From Nemertoderma westbladi (Eukaryota > Animalia > Xenacoelomorpha), in NCBI GenBank assembly GCA_032718475.1, contig JAUCBJ010001063.1:1-43696 (forward strand): a DNA stretch of 43,696 nucleotides, written 5' to 3'. The stretch's first letter is position 1; every line of letters starts with the position of its first letter. The notes beneath the pieces were generated by a model. That model worked only from the letters and a program-made list of their open reading frames with translations, searched no databases and was not told where the DNA came from. Position numbers and translations under genes: made by a program. Positions 36,277-43,696 of this stretch are shown in pieces.

Positions 36277-37050
36277 GTGTTCTAGAAGTTCATTCTCTCT
36301 AAGATAAAATTTGTAGCGGAGCAAAGTGGTTTCATTGATGCGTCACGTGGATATCCCCATATGACGCCGTGAAGTTAATGAAAATAATTCAGCAATAACT
36401 ATTTACATCATTGTGTGCAAAGTAGCACTTTGCAGCGTTATGACCCGAGTTTATTTATGTACCGAGCGAGCGCAGAGAGGGAGGTTTACATAAATAAACA
36501 AGGGTCTTTAACGCTGAAATGTGACCTTTGCAAGCAATGGTATATGTAGTTTTGTTACATTTTGTCAACTTATCAGCGTTCGGTATGTGAAGGAAGGATT
36601 TTATGGATGCACATGTATATAAGTGAAATTTATTAACAGGTACACTGTATTAATTATGCATTTAAATATAATTAAAGTTTAGGCCTATTAGAAGTTATCT
36701 CCTGCGTTATTCCATCTTGAACTTGGTCGACTGAAGCAAACTTAGTCACCGTCTGTGTCCGTTGAGTTTTACTGAACACTGTCGCCATTTTCTTTGGTTA
36801 TTTTCTCTAAAGTGTCTTCTACTGTATTCGACGTTTCGACATAATGGAATAAAGTACACGTTAAACAATTATTTACACACGTAGCTAGTCCCGTCATGGA
36901 AATGATAATTCTCGAATACGGTAATTTAAGTTGTTTCCGTCATTGATTACTTTGCAGCGTTCCGTCCTATAGGTCGCAACGCTGCAAAGTGGTACTTTGC
37001 AGCGTTAAGAGCAATTCACCAGAACGCTGATAAGTTGACATAATGTAACA
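36277..37050. mobile_element. Non-autonomous hairpin-rich element (family uncertain, possibly Crypton-like)
   Basis: Long hairpin ~36400-36548 with apex CCGAGCGAGCGCAGAGAGGGAGG. Inverted repeat TGTTACATTTTGTCAACTTATCAGCGTTC (~36552-36580) / GAACGCTGATAAGTTGACATAATGTAACA (37022-37050). Second copy at 20483-20632. Confidence 0.6.
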
Positions 37051-37237
37051 GAAATGTGTGCACAATATATTTTTAAGTCGGGAAGTACAGTAGTGCTACT
37101 GTAATGTAGAACGTGAAAACATTTTTATTTATATTTCCATAGCTACATTATTCTTCTAGAATTTAACGAGTAAATTGTTTCAGTGATGTTTTCAAAAACG
37201 TTACTCCCATAACCTTTTACTTTCTGGGTAAACCAAG

Positions 37238-37876
37238 ATGAGTTTCACGGAAGTGGAGCCATCCCCTCCGTGTGTCGATCCCCCAGGCAACCTTGACCCG
37301 GCCTTCGCCTCTGCTAATAGCCGCGACCGCTATAATTTGTTCCTATGGAAGATTCTAGAATTATCTTGCTACATATTATTCGTGGCTAGTCTACTTACGG
37401 TAACTTATTACCAGAAGTCTCCCAACATGTATCATCTTACCAGCGCGCTCCAAGACCTTCTCTTAGATGAACCTTTTGGAGACGAAGATGGACGAAACTT
37501 CAGGTCGATCGGGAAAGCGGGAGATCTCTGGGAGTTCCTGATGACATCCTTGGTGGAAGCGGTATGTACGGAAGATGGACGACGGAAGATAGACAGTGAT
37601 TCCGAGTTCGTATATTCAGAGAACATGTTGGTGAGGCGAGCCAGAATCCGGCAGGTCCGAAATACGGCCAACGTCGGGTGTCGGGTACCGGAAGTGTTCC
37701 AGAAGGTAACGACCGTCTGCTACGCGACATCAACACCCGCTGCAGAGACTTCAAAGCAATTCAGCAAGGGGTCGTCTCTTCAAGAGAATGAAGGGTCGTT
37801 CAGTTATACCAAAGCGAAGGTTGATACTCTGTACCGGGGAAATTGGGCTACTTACACCGCTAACGGTTATATGAAG
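37238..37876 (+). CDS. PKD2: Polycystin-2/TRPP family cation channel, coding exon 1 (213 codons)
   Basis: TM1 ELSCYILFV.., F..I....DLWEF, YSENMLV..RIRQVR....C.VP, GNWATYTANGY. Phase-0 donor AAG|GTGAAT at 37876/37877. Confidence 0.88.
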
Positions 37877-38648
37877 GTGAATACAGTAGTTATATAGTAC
37901 AGTACAGTCCCAATCCCAATAAACATTAACTTGGTCGTTTTGGCGGCCAAAATGACCAAAATCGCCAAAAAAATGTAGTGTATTCCTATGGGCTACTTGG
38001 TCGTTTTGGCGAAGCGATTTAACTCGACTCAGTCAAGTCCAGACAGCCCGTCTCCTTGGACATCCATTTGGTTGCTCTGACTAAATGTCGGCTCTCTTTC
38101 ATTTTTATTATTGACAGATTGTTAACTTACCTGGAGCTGAGTCGGGCCTTTCAGTTGTAGTAAAGACCACCCACTGAGGCATACAGCACAGGCTAATACG
38201 TAATAAGGGAGTTAGTTGAATGCGGCTTTGTTAAAAGGAGGAGTATGTATAATAATCGGATTTTGTGTGTTATTATTAGATAATCACTTCTCACCTTTTC
38301 CTTTGTGTAGCTTCAGTTTAGAGTCATTATGAAATGGCAACGTGTTCTGTATGAAGGCGTCCTAATTATAGTTTTATAGTTAGAAGCTGGGTCTGTGACA
38401 GGGCGAGAGGTAGCTATTAAATAGCGACACTCAGTCTCGAACGAGTTCGGTATACTGATGAAATTCAGATTAGACGGCGCGGCCTATTTCTAGTAGCTGG
38501 GTCTGAATTCGAGGGCGGCGGCGATAGTAACTGAAAACATTATAATATCAGGCTCTGGCTCTGTGCTAACAGTCAACAGAGTCGGCATATTTGGGTGAAT
38601 TTATGATGATGTAATTATTATTTATCGAGACAGGGGGGGGGGGGGGGG

Positions 38649-38865
38649 GGGACTGGACGCAAAACTCGCCTTGGCGAATTAATATCCCGCCTCAATGTTA
38701 AATTCTCAATTTAGGGAAAGGAGCAGGTTATAGTGGCACGTTATTTTAACCAAAACAATAAATTAAACATAAATGAACATTACAGTTTTATTTTTGAGAG
38801 TAATCATCTGTTATTTACGTCAAATCTCCCCTGGAGAGTGATGAATTTTTATTGCGTCCAGTCCC
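38649..38865. mobile_element. Small MITE nested in the 37905-40613 element (PIF/Harbinger-like ends)
   Basis: TIR GGGACTGGACGCAA ... TTGCGTCCAGTCCC followed by TTA; the left TSD is obscured by a poly-G run. Confidence 0.65.
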
Positions 38866-39267
38866 TTACTGTATTTATGAGAGCATTTATAATATAGCGT
38901 ACTAAACAGCTAAATAAAGAAAAATCTATGTAAAGTACTTTTCTCATATTTTAAAGAATTTTTACAAATTAAATATATGAACTTGTTATTTTTATTACCA
39001 ATTGAATAGAATTAAAGTAAATAATTAATTATTACGCTGCAAGTGCTAGCACACTGCTTATAACCTAAGTGACAGGTAAAGGTGTGTCAATTATTAGATT
39101 AGTAAAAAATATGTAGAAAATAATAAGTTAGGGCGGGCGCCTCACACTGCACTCTTACAGGCATGTTTACTACAGTGGCGAACCCAGCCATTACTACACT
39201 GGAGCCTTTCTCTCTACCTAAAGGTAGAGAGAACTCTACCTCAGCGCCAACATGCTGGGCTTTACTT

Positions 39268-40459
39268 GGTATACAGACGTTTCGGCCTAGGACGTTTCGG
39301 TCCAGGACGTTTCGGCCCGGACATTTCGGCCCGGACGATTCGGCCCGGACGTTTCGGCCCATGACTGTAACTTAATGAAAAGGCCAACTTGTTTGATATG
39401 ATAATAATTATTCATTAAAATTATAATTATTTCACAATAACATACAAACACTTAATAAAATATCTTTCATGAAATGGCTATTTAATTTTATCTTTATTTC
39501 AAAATAAAATAAACATTAGGGAAGTGGTGTTCTGGTTACTGGTTCCATAGACAATTCGCCATCAGTTATGTTATGCGGCCGAAAAAATGCAAGTCAGAAC
39601 AAATCTATTGGTCTCGAGTACCACATTGCTAATCCTAATATACAGTACTACCAAAGTGAATCAATTTCACGACCCATGTAGAGCTTATATCTCGTCTGAT
39701 CGATATATTTTGGAGATACTTCATTAACTTTAAACATTACTCAATTGATAATTCTTGTAGCTGGACAGTGTATTGCAGCTATGTCTTAATGATCTGTTGA
39801 AACAATAACTCTCATCTTCGATGATAGTGATAGATGATTTTGATTTATACTGATAGATAGATAACGACGTATAATGCTTTTATTAATACATATGCTTTTA
39901 ATACATATTTTATTTCACTTCACATCCACTCTGGTCCTTTTAATGCGCATACATTTCATCTAAATTTAAATTTAATACGCATACATTTCATCTAAATTTA
40001 AATTTAATACGCATATATTTCATCTAAATTTAAATTTAATACGCATATATTTTATCTCATTCCATATGACATCCTGTCTGTCTCTTAATTATTAGCAATG
40101 CTCCTATAATGAAATATTTCTTATCTATTATATTTTTAAGACCAACATTAAAATACAGTAATAATTTTAATTCGGTTTATTTTAATGTACTTAATTTATT
40201 GACTCACATTTTAAAATACGTATGTTTTTTTATGGGGGAAACCCCATCATCATAATACGTTCCTACTGACAACTCCTCTTGTAACGAACGTAACAACTAC
40301 AAAACAAATATATTGAATAACTTATTTATTATTAATAGCTTATTTAAGGGAGTAAAGTGAATCTTTGGGCCAAAACGTCCGACAAGCAAATCTTGTATTT
40401 CATTCATTGGGCCGAAACGTCCTAGGCCAAAACGTCTTAGACCGAAACGTCTGTTACCC
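39268..40459. mobile_element. Mutator/MULE (foldback-type) non-autonomous element with 9-bp TSD, nested in 37905-40613
   Basis: TSD GCTTTACTT at 39259-39267 and 40460-40468. TIRs are built of tandem GACGTTTCGGCCC / GGGCCGAAACGTC units. Confidence 0.88.
39941..40056. repeat. 32-bp tandem repeat x~3.6
   Basis: TAATACGCATACATTTCATCTAAATTTAAATT. Confidence 0.9.
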
Positions 40460-40868
40460 GCTTTACTTACACTCAGCATCTATTCACTGGCTGTGATTGA
40501 CAAGCCAACGTGCCTCAGCAGTTCCTTTCATGAATACCGCAGTTTTTACTTGGCCATTTTGGTAATTTTGGCCGCCAAAATGACCAAGTTAATGTTTATT
40601 GGGATTGGGACTGTATGTCATATAATTATAGTACAAACGATAAACGAGCGTACAACTACTGTATTAATGGTATGCCTATTCTTTAATAATGTTAAATTCC
40701 AATGGTGGTATACTGTAGTCAGTTTTCGATTATCTTTCATTTAGCGGGCCAGTTCGGTCCAATTTTCACGGTTTAGTTCTTTTCAGACATAAGCTTCCCT
40801 TATTGCCCAGTTTTTCGGGTCTCACTTATTCTGGTAACCTCTAACTTTATGCAATAATTTCTTTCCCC

Positions 40869-41022
40869 GTGAGGACCAGCCTGAGCACAATCTTATGCTT
40901 TGGCAGCCTCATGGAGCGAATAAGCATGGTGGACCATTACTTTCTTGAGATGCCTCCTAAAGGATACTGTCCTTGACGATGCGGATAATCTCGCGAAAGT
41001 CATGGTGGATAGGGAGTTGTGG
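40869..41022 (+). mobile_element. Degenerate 3' LINE fragment (RTE/RTEX-like), same family as 20890-21200
   Basis: EDQPEHNLMLWQPHGANKHGGP...KDT.L.DADNLAKVMVDRELW; shares GAATAAGCATGGTGGA and GATAGGGAGTTGTGG. Confidence 0.7.
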
Positions 41023-41110
41023 ACTGTACACTACTGTACACTCACACATCTATCAATGAATTATTAAAAATGAATGTACTTCCATCCATGTGCCTGATTT
41101 CTTGTTTTAG

Positions 41111-42277
41111 GAACTTCCATTATCGAAAGAGAAGGCGAAAGCGGAAATCAGAGATTTGCGTAATCACGGCTGGATTAGCCGAGACACTCGCGCTATATTC
41201 ATCGACCTCGTTGTCTACAACGCCAATGTAAACCTCTTCTGCATCATTCAGCTGATTGCTGAGTTTCCAACTATTGGCGGGGTATTCCCCTATTGGAACT
41301 TCGACACTGTGCGTCTTTTAAACTTCACCCAACCCTTCGACAATGTCGTCTTCATCCTGCAAATAATTCTAGTGGTTATGTGCGGTTTCTACATAGTTCA
41401 AGAGATTTATGAAGTCTACAAACATCGACTCGTCTACCTCTACAATTTCTGGAATGTATTCGACTTTCTCGTCATCATTATGACCATCACAGTGGTAGCC
41501 TACAATCTGCACATTGAGAAATCCATGGTAAACATGCTAAAAAAACTAATCGATGACAAACAGAGTGAGCAAGAATACTTGGAGTTCGACCAGATAGCTC
41601 GAACGAAATCATGGTTGAACATATTCTCTGCATGGAACGCTTTCTTTGCTGTAATGAAAGTCTTCAAGTTTACTTCATTCAATAAGACTATGACTCAGTT
41701 GGCACGGACTCTGTCAACCTGCGCCATGGACCTGTTGAGTTTCGGAGTTATGGTTTCTGTTGTTTTCTTAGCTTTCGCCCTGCTGTCGTGGCTTCTGTTC
41801 GGTGACCGTTTAAAGGAATACGACAATCTCTTCCGTTGCGTTTTTTCCCTGTTCCGGATTTTGTTGGGTGATTTCGACTACCATTCTCTAAAAAATGCGA
41901 ACCGCAACCACGGCCCGATATTTTTCGTTCTTTACGTTTTCGTTATGTTTTTTATACTTTTGAATATTTTTATGGCGATTGTGAACGAGGCCTACACGGG
42001 AGTGAGAGAGGAAATGAAGAGGGCGGAAGGAGATCACGAGTTCGTTAGGTATATATTTAGGCGGTTAAAGAAAAAAGTAAAAATTAATATTTTAGCTGAG
42101 ATGGACATGAATAAAGATAATGTCATTGAGGCTGGTGAGTGGCAGGCGCATGCTGAGGGTCTGGGTATAGAAGAGGGGCTAGCGGATGAGATGTTTGAGA
42201 GAATGGATGCCGATAGATCGGGAGCCATAGAGAAACACGAACAGACTCAGTTTATTGGCGAGGATGTCAATAAATAA
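41111..42277 (+). CDS. PKD2: Polycystin-2/TRPP channel, coding exon 2 (TM2-6, pore, two EF-hands); full protein ~601 aa
   Basis: Acceptor TTTCTTGTTTTAG|GAA is in phase with exon 1 (GYMK|ELPLSK). Motifs WISRDTRAIFIDLVVYNANVNLFC, FNKTMTQL..TL, FRILLGDFDY, GPIFF, FFILLNIFMAIVNEAY, EF loops DMNKDNVIEAGE and DADRSGAIEKHE. PKD2 versus PKD2L orthology is not resolved. Confidence 0.92.
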   Translation, partial: ELPLSKEKAKAEIRDLRNHGWISRDTRAIFIDLVVYNANVNLFCIIQLIAEFPTIGGVFPYWNFDTVRLLNFTQPFDNVVFILQIILVVMCGFYIVQEIYEVYKHRLVYLYNFWNVFDFLVIIMTITVVAYNLHIEKSMVNMLKKLIDDKQSEQEYLEFDQIARTKSWLNIFSAWNAFFAVMKVFKFTSFNKTMTQLARTLSTCAMDLLSFGVMVSVVFLAFALLSWLLFGDRLKEYDNLFRCVFSLFRILLGDFDYHSLKNANRNHGPIFFVLYVFVMFFILLNIFMAIVNEAYTGVREEMKRAEGDHEFVRYIFRRLKKKVKINILAEMDMNKDNVIEAGEWQAHAEGLGIEEGLADEMFERMDADRSGAIEKHEQTQFIGEDVNK

Positions 42278-42964
42278 GGCTGAATAAAACTAATATCGTA
42301 TACTCACAAATTTGCTGTGAGATCCATTTCGGTAAAGCAATAATACACTATAGATTTACCAATCTGCAAAAAAAAATATATATATTTTATTTAAAGTTTC
42401 ATACATGATAAAAGCTCTACAGTACGTACTGTACCGTATGTGCAGTACGATGGTCCTTAATTCACATTTTTCGAAATTGTATTTTTCATAACAATATTTT
42501 TTGCTCCATCGTGTGTCCTTATCGAAAAGATAAAAAAACGCAAACATCTTTCTTCAGTTTTGCCAGCCTTTAGATTTTGATCAATATCATTTACCCATTG
42601 ATTCTACTGTTGTTTTGAAGGTGTCTACACCCACTAAGTCGACTATTGTTGTTCGAAAGATTATTACTGTAATATCATTGCTACTGTATGTTAGGGTTAA
42701 TATTTTTCAAATTTTGAAATTCACCAAAAAGTGATAAAAACTGGCAAAAGTTTCTAAATTTGACCAGAAGACATTAATGAAATTCCAAAACATAACTTTC
42801 AAAACATTTTTTCATGCGATGGAACAAAAATAATACTATTAAAAATCGAAATTCGCAAAAAATTGAAATATGACTACCTAATGTACAGTACTGTATGTAC
42901 AGTTTACTGCACTGTATATTTTACATGGTTTTTACGCTGATAATATTTCTGATGAAAAATTGTG

Positions 42965-43696
42965 ATTATTGTGGGACGAGACACGAAAGTAAGCGAGCTT
43001 AGCATACTGTAGTGTGTCTGTAGATCTGTTGTTCGGTAGATCAGTAGGTATATTTAAACTTTAATAACTCAGCCAATCCTTGATGGAATCTAACCCAACT
43101 TTGTACACACGTTGTTTGGTAAAAGTGTAAAAATTTTCTAATTAAAATTTCCGTGAGGCCATCAGGACGTGCACAACGAGGTTAATGAAGGAGACGAATA
43201 TTATTGTGTTGACTGCAATACTCGTAAACAAACCCGTTTAGAATATGGGATGACATGTCATTTTGATCAGTACCGGCGATGGAATGTTTTATACTAGTTA
43301 TTTTGGTGACAGAGGTACAGGCCAAGGGCAACGATGGTTGTAATGAAGACGAGTCTGTGTTGACTATACTCGTAAACCACATGGTTTAGCATATTGGATG
43401 CTATGTTATTTTATTCAATACTGTCAATGGAATGTTGTAAGGTATATATTTGATGACCAGGATGTATAGGACGAACGCAACGAGTTTTGCAGTGGATACG
43501 AGTATCAGTTACTCGCACAGTTTCTAGACTTGCACAGTTATAAAGGTCGTCAGTCTGCGTTTAGGAAAAATATTTTGATACAGAAAATGACGAGCGCAAA
43601 GAGGCTAATGAAGGAGATGAGAATTGCAAAACAAAAATATCATACTCAACTAAATAGCCCTAGTTAGTAGGTTTAAAATGACAGTTAAAGTGTGAA
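42965..43696. repeat. Probable interspersed repeat with diverged ~150-bp internal tandem duplication
   Basis: TGTTGACT..ATACTCGTAAAC..GGATG..ATGGAATGTT at ~43207 and ~43358. GAGG(T/C)TAATGAAGGAGA at ~43178 and 43601. ATAACTCAGCC...AACTTTGTACAC motif near 43065. Confidence 0.45.

Larger units (their letters stand above)
37905..40613. mobile_element. Non-autonomous TIR transposon with TA TSD inside the PKD2 intron
   Basis: TA|CAGTCCCAATCCCAATAAACATTAACTTGGTCGTTTTGGCGGCCAAAAT ... ATTTTGGCCGCCAAAATGACCAAGTTAATGTTTATTGGGATTGGGACTG|TA; near-perfect TIR over 50 bp. Confidence 0.9.

Noticed and set aside
42450-42880. Degenerate inverted repeats (TATTTTTTGCTCCATCG / CGATGGAACAAAAATA) suggesting an old MITE
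   Set aside because: Ends and TSD could not be defined by eye.

Overview
Eukaryotic, most likely invertebrate-animal, AT-rich genomic DNA. Left end (1-1988): probable terminus of a Maverick/Polinton-like element (ends in ACTACT, AT-rich palindromes, one intronless C2H2-finger/acidic-repeat ORF with a TATA box). 2532-19646: ten head-to-tail, non-coding ~1.71-kb units. Every junction and both outer ends carry a single TCCAGT. Units are mosaics of several subtypes with conserved hairpins, and the first and last units look identical. The array ends 9 bp before a phosphoethanolamine-N-methyltransferase-like gene with a premature stop and a frameshift. Next come LINE/MITE debris, two related 15-bp satellite blocks, an intronless RBM19, an intronless GPD1 plus a 5'-truncated, partly gene-converted duplicate, and a two-exon PKD2/TRPP channel whose single intron holds nested DNA transposons. 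All calls were made by eye, without alignment or database searches.
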